Assembly: GCA_018223185.1 (NCBI GenBank)
Contig: JAAEYW010000023.1
Span: 7,734 to 71,733, forward strand
DNA: 64,000 nucleotides
From: Oceanospirillales bacterium
Lineage (GTDB): Bacteria > Pseudomonadota > Gammaproteobacteria > Pseudomonadales > Balneatricaceae
Direction of reading: 5' to 3'
The translations under genes and the position numbers were made by a program. Positions 9,133 through 18,111 of this stretch are shown piece by piece. Position 1 is the stretch's first letter. Each line of letters starts with the position of its first letter. The notes under the pieces were generated by a model. The model was not told the origin of the DNA and did not search any database. It saw only the letters and a program-made list of their open reading frames with translations.

Positions 9133-10497
9133 ATGCAGGTAAATAAAGTGATTAAAACAGGGGAGTCGGGCAGAAACGTCTCTGAAAAAAGAGCCCTGCT
9201 ACTGACCGCTCTGCTGTTTTTATCGCCTGTTGCACTGGCGCAACAGGCCGACGAAGGCGGTAGTGATCAGGGCTGGGGAGATGATAGCTGGGCGGAAGAA
9301 ACCCCGACCAGCAACTGGCACGGTTTTATTGAGGGAGGGCTGGGTAACCGTCTGAACGCGGATCCTGCCCTGAATGATCGTTTTTCACCTGTCGATGACG
9401 CCACTCTGTCAGAGCTTCGGCTACGCCTGGAAACCACGGGTTTTGTAGGTAATGACCGTTATGCGTTTAAAGCGGATCTATACGCTGATGGCGTGGATCA
9501 GGGCGTGCGGGCTGATCTTCGCGAAGCGTCTTATACACTCACCCCTATTGAGCGAACAGATCTGAAACTGGGGCAGCAGGTGCTCACCTGGGGGACAGGT
9601 GATCTGCTGTTTCTGAATGATCTGTTTCCTAAAGACTGGCAGTCATTTTTTGCCGGTCGGGATACTGAGTACCTGAAAGCTCCCGTATTAGCGGCTAAAG
9701 CCAGTTATTATGGTGATTCGGCCAGCCTTGATCTGGTGTGGATGCCGGACTATACATCCGACCGTTATATTAATGGCGAGCGTTTTTCCTGGTTTTCGCC
9801 ACAGGCCGGGCAGAACGTTGCTGCACCTGCGGGACGAATAGATGCAGAGGAGCCGGCAAACAGTTTCAGTAATGGTGAATTTGCTGCCCGGCTTTCTGGC
9901 ACTGTTGATAGTACAGAGTGGGCGCTATACGGTTATCGCGGGTTTCAGAAACAGCCCAATGCGCTGGATAGCGTTGGTAACCCCGTATTCACCCGCCTGA
10001 ATGTACTGGGCGCCAGTGTTCGGGGGAATCTCGGTTCCGGGCTGGCTAATGCTGAAGTGGCTCTGCATATGGCTGAGGATAACGACGGCAGCGATCCATA
10101 CAAACCTAATAGTCAGTTCCGTTTTCTGATTGGGTATGAGCGGGAGTTAGTACCGAAGCTTACTTTAGGGCTGCAGTACTATCTGGAACAGACGCTGGAT
10201 TATGAAGCGCTTAATGCCGCGTCTCCATCACCTTATAACCCCGAAGAATATCGCTATCTCTATACCACCCGGCTTAACTACCGGATGTGGCAGGATAATC
10301 TTGTCTGGTCTGTGTTTGCCTTTTACTCCCCCAGTGATGATGATTATTACCTCAGACCTTCGGTCAGCTATCGCTACAGTGATACTCTGAGTTTTGACCT
10401 GGGTGCAAATGTTTTCGGTGGTGATAAGGCGCATACGTTTTTTGGCCAGTTTGAGGATGCCAGTAACCTATATGGCCGGGTCCGTTATGCCTTCTGA
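9133..10497 (+). CDS. outer-membrane beta-barrel protein (alginate-export/DUF1302-like)
   Basis: ATG 9133 lies just after the LolA-like stop; the track start 9106 would overlap that gene. Signal peptide LLTALLFLSPVALA/QQ. LGQQVLTWGTGDLLF motif, alternating beta pattern, C-terminal ...GRVRYAF. Confidence 0.6.
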   Translation: MQVNKVIKTGESGRNVSEKRALLLTALLFLSPVALAQQADEGGSDQGWGDDSWAEETPTSNWHGFIEGGLGNRLNADPALNDRFSPVDDATLSELRLRLETTGFVGNDRYAFKADLYADGVDQGVRADLREASYTLTPIERTDLKLGQQVLTWGTGDLLFLNDLFPKDWQSFFAGRDTEYLKAPVLAAKASYYGDSASLDLVWMPDYTSDRYINGERFSWFSPQAGQNVAAPAGRIDAEEPANSFSNGEFAARLSGTVDSTEWALYGYRGFQKQPNALDSVGNPVFTRLNVLGASVRGNLGSGLANAEVALHMAEDNDGSDPYKPNSQFRFLIGYERELVPKLTLGLQYYLEQTLDYEALNAASPSPYNPEEYRYLYTTRLNYRMWQDNLVWSVFAFYSPSDDDYYLRPSVSYRYSDTLSFDLGANVFGGDKAHTFFGQFEDASNLYGRVRYAF

Positions 10498-10520
10498 CGG
10501 GGGCTAACGTGAGTATAGTA

Positions 10521-10546
10521 AAAACCGGGCAATGCCCGGTTTTTTG
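10521..10546. terminator. bidirectional Rho-independent terminator
   Basis: aaaaccgggcaatgcccggtttttt between convergent genes. Confidence 0.8.
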
Positions 10547-10577
10547 GTTTATCTGCTATGAACCTGACTCTCACTGT

Positions 10578-11138
10578 TTAAGTCTGAGGCTCTGAACTGT
10601 CTTCAGATTTATTACCCGAATTTAACAGTGTCTCGGTCAGCGCGGCAAGCTTCTCCTGTACCAGATCATAAGTGGTATCGATATTCGCAGCGATATCACC
10701 CTGAAGTACCTGCAAACCATCGAGGATCTCGCGGGCATCGGAAAACCCCTGATCGATACCCCCTGAAATCAGCTCAACAAAGCTTTGCACCTGAGTCTGA
10801 TAATCCATCTCTGTGTGCTGGTTCTGGTAGCTGCTAAAGAAGTTAGCGCTCAGTGAGACAATCCGTTCTGCGGTTGCGGCAGGGCTGACATCCACACCTG
10901 AATCATAGGCCTGCTGAATGGCTGAAGGGCCAAGGTCAGCTTCAAGAACGTTGTTTAACTCGGTCACCGCTGTGCGATACAAAAGTGCCAGTGAATCGTT
11001 GCCTGAGGAGATGCTGACCTCCAGAGAGGCCTTTAGTATCGCCTGATTCTGTAAGGTCTTATTGTGTTTGGCCGGTGTTTCATCTGCGGGTTTAGTGTGC
11101 TCTGCCACTGACCGGTTCTGTATAGAACTGATCTCCAT
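10578..11138 (-). CDS. conserved hypothetical protein (DUF5610-like by recollection)
   Basis: 186-aa acidic soluble ORF with coherent coding pattern. Family name is from memory only. Confidence 0.5.
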   Translation of the reverse strand: MEISSIQNRSVAEHTKPADETPAKHNKTLQNQAILKASLEVSISSGNDSLALLYRTAVTELNNVLEADLGPSAIQQAYDSGVDVSPAATAERIVSLSANFFSSYQNQHTEMDYQTQVQSFVELISGGIDQGFSDAREILDGLQVLQGDIAANIDTTYDLVQEKLAALTETLLNSGNKSEDSSEPQT

Positions 11139-11239
11139 ATCATCTCCTTAGCTTATATTGAAGGAATTCTAAGTTTAGTGATTCCCGTTATACACGCAAG
11201 GTTATCGGCTGAAACGGTTTTTTTATACTTGAAAGTTTT

Positions 11240-12520
11240 TCATGAGCGGACCGCTCTGCGTGTTGGAGGCTGAGTAATATGACAGGCAACTGATCGGTTT
11301 CGTCCCTGTTGTTTGGCCAGATAGAGCGCTTCATCGGCTTGCTTTATAACGGCCTGGCTGTCTTTGTGTTCGCGGGTTTTTTCACACAGTCCGATGCTTA
11401 TCGTCACTTCTGTAGTGTCTTCTGAGCGGCCAGAACCGTTGCGCAACTGGCGCCCCTGTTTTTCATTACACGGGCGGTTTTTGTCCCGGATTCGCATCGG
11501 ATAAGCGGCAATAGTGGTACGCACTTTCTCAGCGATTTCAATTGCCCTGACTTCATCCATCTTCTTAAAGACGATAGTGAACTCTTCACCACCGTATCGG
11601 AATACCGTAGCGCCACGGGCGGCCTGTTTCATCTGGCTGGCGACCATTTTCAGTACCTGATCGCCCACATCATGACCGTAGGTATCGTTAAATTTCTTGA
11701 AATGGTCAATATCTACCATGCCCAGAGTGTAGTGGCGGCCGGCACTGCGTAGCGTATTTTCCAGAGCCCTGCGTCCGGGGAGCCCGGTTAACTCGTCAAT
11801 AAACGCCATGCTGTATGAATTAAATAGCACGGTAAACAGAATCAGTATCAGGCCCAGCGTGCAGCTGAGTACAGAAACCGATGACTCGCTGAACAACGCC
11901 AGCATTGCCGCTATGGTCAGGGTGATGATGACCAGGCAGGCATCAGCCAGTGTGGCTCTGAACCAGAGAATAATAAGCCCTAGCAGGGTGGTCAGCGCGA
12001 ACAGCGACACTGCCCACTGGCTGAGCAAATATGGGTCGGAAAACATCTGAATCAACCCCATTGGTAACGCGCCGAACCAGTCAGAGAGCAGAAGATTCTC
12101 AGCAGCCACCCAGAAAAACAGATAACCACTGACGATAATTGGCAGGTGCCGGACCAGCCAGCGGGGGCTTAAACCCCGCTCAGGAATGAAATTGATAAAT
12201 AATTGTAGCAACGGAAACAATAGGCTTATGCCGCTGAATAGAACAAAATTAGAAGGGTGGTTCAGACTGCTCTGTAGCTGATTCTGAATCAGCAGAAAGA
12301 GGCATAACAAATTTACGGTTGTCAGCAGCAAGCGACCCTGATTGAAACTGATGCAGAGAATTATTGCCAGCCCGCTAAGCAGAGGCGGCAGATAACTGAA
12401 GAGCTGTTGCTGGATAAAGGTAAGGCCGTGCAACTGACTATGAATCACCGGTGCAAGCAGCATTAGTATGATACCGGGGAGCATCAGCTTAATAATTTTC
12501 TGCAAATTGTAACGCGGCAC
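11240..12520 (-). CDS. membrane-anchored diguanylate cyclase (GGDEF)
   Basis: GTG start 8 nt after AGGAGGAG. About 230 aa of multi-TM N-terminus, then a GGDEF domain with intact RYGGEEF and DIDHFKKFNDTYGH. Confidence 0.85.
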   Translation of the reverse strand: MPRYNLQKIIKLMLPGIILMLLAPVIHSQLHGLTFIQQQLFSYLPPLLSGLAIILCISFNQGRLLLTTVNLLCLFLLIQNQLQSSLNHPSNFVLFSGISLLFPLLQLFINFIPERGLSPRWLVRHLPIIVSGYLFFWVAAENLLLSDWFGALPMGLIQMFSDPYLLSQWAVSLFALTTLLGLIILWFRATLADACLVIITLTIAAMLALFSESSVSVLSCTLGLILILFTVLFNSYSMAFIDELTGLPGRRALENTLRSAGRHYTLGMVDIDHFKKFNDTYGHDVGDQVLKMVASQMKQAARGATVFRYGGEEFTIVFKKMDEVRAIEIAEKVRTTIAAYPMRIRDKNRPCNEKQGRQLRNGSGRSEDTTEVTISIGLCEKTREHKDSQAVIKQADEALYLAKQQGRNRSVACHITQPPTRRAVRS

Positions 12521-12649
12521 CCGGTGTTCTCCTCCTGAACAATACCGCTATCCTAGCATGGTGTAAGGAATTGAAGTGATCTTTCGGCGGTCAGCAGTTA
12601 CCGCTTTGGGTAATTAGCGTGTTGCCGGAGGGAGCCAGGGCCGACGCTT

Positions 12650-12674
12650 TAAAAATGCCGCGCAGGGCGGCATT
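12650..12674 (-). terminator. Rho-independent terminator of the DUF2892 gene
   Basis: Minus strand reads atgccgc-cctgc-gcggcat followed by TTTTTAAAG. Confidence 0.6.
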
Positions 12675-12698
12675 AAACCGAGCGCCTGGATTGTAGGG

Positions 12699-13103
12699 TT
12701 AAGCCGCTTTTTTAAATCCGAGCAATGAAGCGACGGTGAAAGCCGGGCACCATCCGGTGAAGGTGGACTGAAGCAGGCTGACACCAACAATCGCTGTGAT
12801 ATATAACACCCACTGAGGTGCTGCGAAAAAAATATAGGCCGCTACAGTAATCAGAACCAGCGTTCCGGTGATAATGTGTACTCCCTGGTGGACACTCATG
12901 CCAGTATTGCAAGTTTGTTCTTTCAGATTTAACAGGCGAAATACTGCCATTGCCGGGCACCACTTAGTGAAACCGGATTGAAACAGATTCAGGCCGACAA
13001 AGCCGGTGAGGTAATACCAGGCTGGATTAAAATAGGCTCCCAGTGCCAGGCTGATAAGGATAACAGATCCTGCCAGCAGACGAAGAGCAGCGTTAAGAGT
13101 CAT
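12699..13103 (-). CDS. inner-membrane protein made of two tandem DUF2892 (YgaP C-terminal-like) modules
   Basis: Two internal repeats, each ending in a conserved W-C-P motif (FTKWCPAMAVFRLL and FTGWCPAFTVASLL). RBS GAGG lies 8 nt upstream. Confidence 0.7.
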   Translation of the reverse strand: MTLNAALRLLAGSVILISLALGAYFNPAWYYLTGFVGLNLFQSGFTKWCPAMAVFRLLNLKEQTCNTGMSVHQGVHIITGTLVLITVAAYIFFAAPQWVLYITAIVGVSLLQSTFTGWCPAFTVASLLGFKKAA

Positions 13104-13165
13104 AGGGTAAACCTCATTGTTAATTGATGTGTCATGGCTAGACCAGACATCTTGTTAATAATTAT

Positions 13166-13185
13166 ATATTAGCAAAGGTTAATAT
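13166..13185. promoter_or_regulatory. second copy of the ATATTA-N8-TAATAT operator, overlapping a TATAAT (minus strand, 13161-13166) upstream of the DUF2892 gene
   Basis: Read toward the gene: ATATTAACCTTTGCTAATATATAAT, compared with ATATTAGTATATGCTAATATAAT at 5703. The gene-proximal arm TGCTAATAT is identical. Confidence 0.45.
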
Positions 13186-13338
13186 AAAAGTTATACTCTT
13201 CATCTACCTGTCTCATCTGTTTTACCGCGCGTGATTCGTTGATTCAGTATGACTTGTTTGCCTCAGATCAAAATATTGTATTGGCAAAACAGTGAGGCTG
13301 GCTCATGCTTAAGGTGTACCCGGAGAGGAGATTATGTT

Positions 13339-14274
13339 GTGGATATCAGCAAAATTCTGGTCAATATTAAGCATGGTAAAGATAGTAGTCTGATACTGGA
13401 GAAGGCGTTACGGCTGGCAGAGGGAAGTGGTGCGAAAGTAGAACTGTTTTGCTGTTGTTATAATGTATCACTACGTAACAGCTATCTGCTGGATAAAGAG
13501 TCTTTGATCAGAGCTGAGCATGGCTATATGCACCAGGTTGAAGCTGAGCTGGAAAAGCTGACCGAGCCGTTTGAAGAGCTTGATATTGACGTGGATCTGG
13601 ATTGTTGCTGGCAGCGTCATCAGGCAGAAGCCGTGGTTAGAAAGGTGTTACGTTTTCAACCTGATATTGTTTTGCATCCGATAGAGAAGCATAGCCGTCT
13701 GGGGCATTACATCTTCGATCAGAGCGACTGGCAACTCATCAGAGAGTGTCCTGTTCCGCTGTTGCTGGTTAAACAGAAAGCCTGGTCTGATGGCGGTCAT
13801 GTGGCTGCAGCCGTTGACCCGTTTCATGAATGCGACAGTCCTGCCGTGCTTGATAAAACAATACTGGAGTGGGCACGGCGCATGGTTCAGACCCTGGAGG
13901 GAGATCTGAAAGTGATGCACAGTTTTAATGTGCTGCCACATTCCGCGATCTTTGATGAGCATCTGGTGACTGATTTTGAAGGTATGCAGCGCAAGATCAG
14001 GGCTGAACATGTGGCGGCTTTGGGGGCGTTGCTGGAACCCTATGGACTGAGCACTGATAGCCCGGCAGTGACACTGAAAGAGAAAGAGACCTACCAGGCT
14101 ATCCTCGAGTATGTAGATGAAGCCCATATCGATATTCTGGTGGTTGGAGCTGTCGCGCGAGGGTTGCTGGACCGGATATTGGTTGGCAGCACGATTGAAC
14201 GTATTCTGGATCAGCTGCATGCCGATCTGATGGTGGTTAAGTCACCGGGGTTTGTCAGCTCGATTACTGAGTAA
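13339..14274 (+). CDS. uspE: tandem universal stress protein (UspE-like)
   Basis: GTG 13339 lies 8 nt after GGAGAGGAG, so the track start 13249 is probably too far upstream. Two USP domains, the second ending VVGAVARGLLDRILVGSTIERIL. Confidence 0.7.
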   Translation: MDISKILVNIKHGKDSSLILEKALRLAEGSGAKVELFCCCYNVSLRNSYLLDKESLIRAEHGYMHQVEAELEKLTEPFEELDIDVDLDCCWQRHQAEAVVRKVLRFQPDIVLHPIEKHSRLGHYIFDQSDWQLIRECPVPLLLVKQKAWSDGGHVAAAVDPFHECDSPAVLDKTILEWARRMVQTLEGDLKVMHSFNVLPHSAIFDEHLVTDFEGMQRKIRAEHVAALGALLEPYGLSTDSPAVTLKEKETYQAILEYVDEAHIDILVVGAVARGLLDRILVGSTIERILDQLHADLMVVKSPGFVSSITE

Positions 14275-14290
14275 TTTACTGAAAGTCTCA

Positions 14291-14316
14291 GGGGGCTATT
14301 ATACTCAATAGCCCCC
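14291..14316. terminator. perfect 10-bp hairpin between convergent uspE-like and xthA (no strong T tract)
   Basis: gggggctatt-atactc-aatagccccc. Confidence 0.4.
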
Positions 14317-14339
14317 GTCAAATTTTAAGCTTATCCTCT

Positions 14340-15149
14340 TTAACTGAACTCGGCCCAGATCGGAGCATGGTCTGAGGGTTTGTCCATGCCGCGAATATCA
14401 TAGTCGATATTAGCATCGGTACAGCGCAGATAGAGCGATTCGGTGGCCAGTACCGCGTCGATACGCAGGCCTCGTTTTGGTTCGGCTTCAAAGCCACGAC
14501 TGCGATAATCAAACCAGCTGAACAGGTTGTCAGTGTGTGGATGAATTTTACGGAAGGTGTCTTTCAGTCCCCAGCCTAACAGACGGGCCAGCCATTGCCG
14601 TTCTTCTGGCTGGAAACTGGTTTTGCCTGTTTTCAGCCAGCGCTTACGGTTTACTTCGCCGATACCGATATCGATATCCTCCGGGGAGATGTTCAGGTCA
14701 CCCATGACTACCAGCGGCTGAGTAGGGTCGCACTGCTGTTCCAGATAGTTTTGCAGGTCGTTATAGTATTTACGTTTGGCGGGGTACTTAATTTCATGGG
14801 CGATATTCTCCCCTTGCGGGAAATACCCATTGAGTATTTTTACCCGAACCCCTTCGATATCGTACTCGCCCATGATTATCCGTTTCTGAGCGTCTTCATC
14901 GTCTCCGGGAAACCCTTTCTCCAGCCTGACAGGTGGAAGCTTAGAGATCAGGCAGACACCGTAGTGGCCTTTCTGTCCGTGATATTCAACATGATAGCCC
15001 AGTGCAGAGATCATCTCTTCAGGAAACTCATCATCATGAACCTTGGTTTCCTGAATGCCGATGACATCGGGCTGATGTTTATCGATCAGGGCTTTAATCT
15101 GGTGGGGACGGGCTCGCAGGCCGTTGGTGTTAAACGAAATCAGTTTCAT
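14340..15149 (-). CDS. xthA: exodeoxyribonuclease III
   Basis: 269 aa. [14 protein letters not shown]..., IGIQETK and a C-terminal SDHAPIW motif typical of ExoIII/APE nucleases. Confidence 0.9.
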   Translation of the reverse strand: MKLISFNTNGLRARPHQIKALIDKHQPDVIGIQETKVHDDEFPEEMISALGYHVEYHGQKGHYGVCLISKLPPVRLEKGFPGDDEDAQKRIIMGEYDIEGVRVKILNGYFPQGENIAHEIKYPAKRKYYNDLQNYLEQQCDPTQPLVVMGDLNISPEDIDIGIGEVNRKRWLKTGKTSFQPEERQWLARLLGWGLKDTFRKIHPHTDNLFSWFDYRSRGFEAEPKRGLRIDAVLATESLYLRCTDANIDYDIRGMDKPSDHAPIWAEFS

Positions 15150-15358
15150 GATAAATCCAAAGACAATCTAAAAGGAGGGCACACAGCCGCCTAACTTAAC
15201 CTCAGCCCGGGCAAAGTGCAAATCCGGCTGATTGAAAAACCCTATCACCTGTTTTGCCTATCTTTATTGGCATCATCGGACGACAACAGGTAGATTAAGC
15301 CGCATAGTTTTTATCAGGCTGTTCAGGTTATCCGGATCAGTCTGTTTAGTTAATAGTT

Positions 15359-16735
15359 ATGAGTGTGAAGGGGATTCCTGTGGCAGAGTTTGATTTTGAC
15401 CTGTTTGTAATTGGTGCTGGTTCCGGTGGTGTCCGGGCTGGACGTATGGCTGCAGCAATGGGTGTCCGGGTGGGGATGGCTGAAGACCGCTATCTGGGCG
15501 GTACCTGTGTCAATGTTGGCTGTGTGCCAAAGAAACTTTTCGTATACGGTTCTCATTTCAGCGAAGAGTTTGAAAATGCTGCCGGATTTGGCTGGACGGT
15601 CGGTAAGTCAACCTTTGACTGGCCAACCCTGCGGGACAATAAAACCAAAGAGATTGAGCGGCTTAACGGTATCTACCGCAATATGTTGGTTAATTCCGGG
15701 GTGAACCTTCTGGATGGACGTGCGCGAATCACCGGGCCAAACACCGTTGAAGTGTCAGGGCAGCAGTACAGCGCCGAACGTATTCTGATCGCTACCGGTG
15801 GCTGGCCTTATGTGCCAGAGTTTCCTGGCAGCGAGCATGTGATCAGTTCCAATGAAGTGTTTTATCTTGATCAGTTTCCCAAGCGGGCACTCGTTGTGGG
15901 TGGTGGTTATATCGCAGTTGAGTTTGCCGGGATCTTTGCTGGTCTGGGGGCTGAAACTTCATTGATATACCGTGGTGACCTGTTCCTGAGAGGTTTTGAT
16001 CAGGAAGTGCGTGAATTTACCGCAGAAGAAGTTGCCAAGAAAAATATAAGTCTGCGCTTTAACAACAATATTGAAAAGATAGACAAGCTGGCTGATGGCT
16101 CATTTCTGGCCTATCTGACAGATGGCTCAACTCTGGAAGCCGACACTATTATGTATGCGACTGGTCGGGTACCTAATGTGATGGATCTCGGGCTGGAAAA
16201 CATCAGCGTTGAGCAGAAAGCCAGTGGTGCGATTGTCGTCAATGATCAGTTTCAGACTGCCGAACCGTCAGTTTACGCCATCGGCGATGTGATCGACCGG
16301 GTACAGCTGACGCCTGTTGCTCTGGCGGAAGGAATGGCGTTGGTGCGCAACCTGTATGCGGGTAAAAACCAGCAGGTTGATTACGACCTGATCGCTACGG
16401 CGGTGTTCTGTCAGCCTAATATTGGCACTGTTGGCTTATCTGAAGAAAAAAGTCGTGAACTCTATGAGAATGTCGATGTCTATAAGTCTACGTTCAGAGC
16501 AATGAAGCATACGATTAGCGGCAGTGACGAAAAAACCTTCATGAAAATGCTGGTTGATCGTGACAGCGACAAGGTGCTTGGGGTGCATATGGTTGGCCCC
16601 GATGCTGGCGAAATTATTCAGGGCATAGCTGTTGCGCTGAAAGCCGGTGCCACCAAAGCGGTGTTTGATTCCACTATTGGAATCCATCCGACTGCTGCAG
16701 AAGAGTTTGTAACGATGCGTGAACCAGCGAGTTAA
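15359..16735 (+). CDS. gor: glutathione-disulfide reductase
   Basis: GAGSGG FAD motif, redox-active [13 protein letters not shown], and C-terminal HPTAAEE dimerisation/active-site His. Confidence 0.9.
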   Translation: MSVKGIPVAEFDFDLFVIGAGSGGVRAGRMAAAMGVRVGMAEDRYLGGTCVNVGCVPKKLFVYGSHFSEEFENAAGFGWTVGKSTFDWPTLRDNKTKEIERLNGIYRNMLVNSGVNLLDGRARITGPNTVEVSGQQYSAERILIATGGWPYVPEFPGSEHVISSNEVFYLDQFPKRALVVGGGYIAVEFAGIFAGLGAETSLIYRGDLFLRGFDQEVREFTAEEVAKKNISLRFNNNIEKIDKLADGSFLAYLTDGSTLEADTIMYATGRVPNVMDLGLENISVEQKASGAIVVNDQFQTAEPSVYAIGDVIDRVQLTPVALAEGMALVRNLYAGKNQQVDYDLIATAVFCQPNIGTVGLSEEKSRELYENVDVYKSTFRAMKHTISGSDEKTFMKMLVDRDSDKVLGVHMVGPDAGEIIQGIAVALKAGATKAVFDSTIGIHPTAAEEFVTMREPAS

Positions 16736-16755
16736 GTGACCTTCATCGACTATTG

Positions 16756-16787
16756 CCCCGGCTGCTCTGCAGACCGGGGATTTTTTT
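16756..16787 (+). terminator. Rho-independent terminator after gor
   Basis: ccccgg...ccgggg stem followed by TTTTTTT. Confidence 0.7.
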
Positions 16788-16835
16788 GTCCGTCTTTTTT
16801 AAAACCTTGTTTGCAGGGTCTGAACTGTTCGGGCT

Positions 16836-17849
16836 CTAATTTGCTATCTGCACGTTATTTCGTCCCGCTTCCTTGGCTTTATAGAGCGCCGCATCTGCTC
16901 TGGCAATAAGGTTTTCCGGTGATTCATCTGTCTCTAACCGGGCAACACCGAAGGATGCTGTAACAGAGCTGATGGTTTCGCCACTCTTTTTCTGTTTGAT
17001 TCGGATAGCCGCCACTTTCTTACGCACTCTCTCTGCCAGTTTGCAGGCATCAGGCGCTTTGATGCCAGGGAGCAACATGGAGAACTCTTCACCGCCAAAG
17101 CGTACCGGAAGCAGTGGTTCGGAACACTCCTCTTTGATCAGTCTGGCGACATATTGCAGAACTTTATCGCCCATCTGATGACCATACGTATCATTAAACT
17201 TTTTGAAAAAGTCGATATCCACCATAATCAGAGAAACGTCAGGTTCGGGTAGCGATGCCAGCTGACTGATCTCTGCATCAAATACCCGGCGATTATATAA
17301 ACCGGTCAGAGGGTCAATCGTGGCTTCCTGTCTGGACTGATCCAGTTCTTTTTTGAGCTTACTTATCTCTGCCTGGGCCTCATCAATTTTCTTCTGAAAC
17401 TGACGGGTACTTTCGCTGATTGTTTCGGTATTCACTGTCAGGTTCTGGATGATTGTCTCCAGTCCCTGATTATCGTTTTTGTCTTTGAGAGCTGCCAGAC
17501 TGTCCTGTAATACTTCATTGTAGGCTTCAGTATCATGAACCGTTGATGAGGCCGAGCTTTCCAGATCACCCATCACCGATAGCAGGGCTTGCTGCACAAC
17601 TTCTGCGTTTTCGATCTCATCCTTAATCAGAAAGTCACGAAACAGCACCTCACTGATACGGTTAGGACAGGTACCATAAATCTCCAGCGTTTTATCCATT
17701 TGCTGGTTAAGCGCAGGAATTGCTTTGGATACGTAGACATACCAGAGTGCATAATTTAAAGGTGTTGGTGGGATACCGCCTTTCACCATAAGCGGGATTG
17801 CCCGACGAAGATACTCAGTTGCTTGTCTGGGGTTATCGGCGAACTTCAT
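16836..17849 (-). CDS. cytoplasmic diguanylate cyclase (GGDEF) with N-terminal helical sensor and coiled-coil
   Basis: ATG 17849 (MKFADNPRQ...) is preceded by AGGAAA, so the longer track ORF to 17966 is unlikely. Intact RFGGEEF and DIDFFKKFNDTYGH. Confidence 0.85.
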   Translation of the reverse strand: MKFADNPRQATEYLRRAIPLMVKGGIPPTPLNYALWYVYVSKAIPALNQQMDKTLEIYGTCPNRISEVLFRDFLIKDEIENAEVVQQALLSVMGDLESSASSTVHDTEAYNEVLQDSLAALKDKNDNQGLETIIQNLTVNTETISESTRQFQKKIDEAQAEISKLKKELDQSRQEATIDPLTGLYNRRVFDAEISQLASLPEPDVSLIMVDIDFFKKFNDTYGHQMGDKVLQYVARLIKEECSEPLLPVRFGGEEFSMLLPGIKAPDACKLAERVRKKVAAIRIKQKKSGETISSVTASFGVARLETDESPENLIARADAALYKAKEAGRNNVQIAN

Positions 17850-18111
17850 AGAGCTTTTTCCTATTTCGCGATACGGTATGACGTGAATCAGAACGAGAGA
17901 AAGAATAACATTATTTTTCAAGGGGGTAGATAGTTTGCTATCCGACTTTGTGCTGATATCGAACAAATGTTTTAAAAAAAGTTATTAAACTGACCTGGGT
18001 CGACTAATTATTCATTGATCCTGTCATATAAGTCGTGGAATGTTATAGAGCAATTCCTGTTTTACGATCTTTGCAGACACAAATAACAATAATTCTTAGT
18101 CAGGATCTGAT

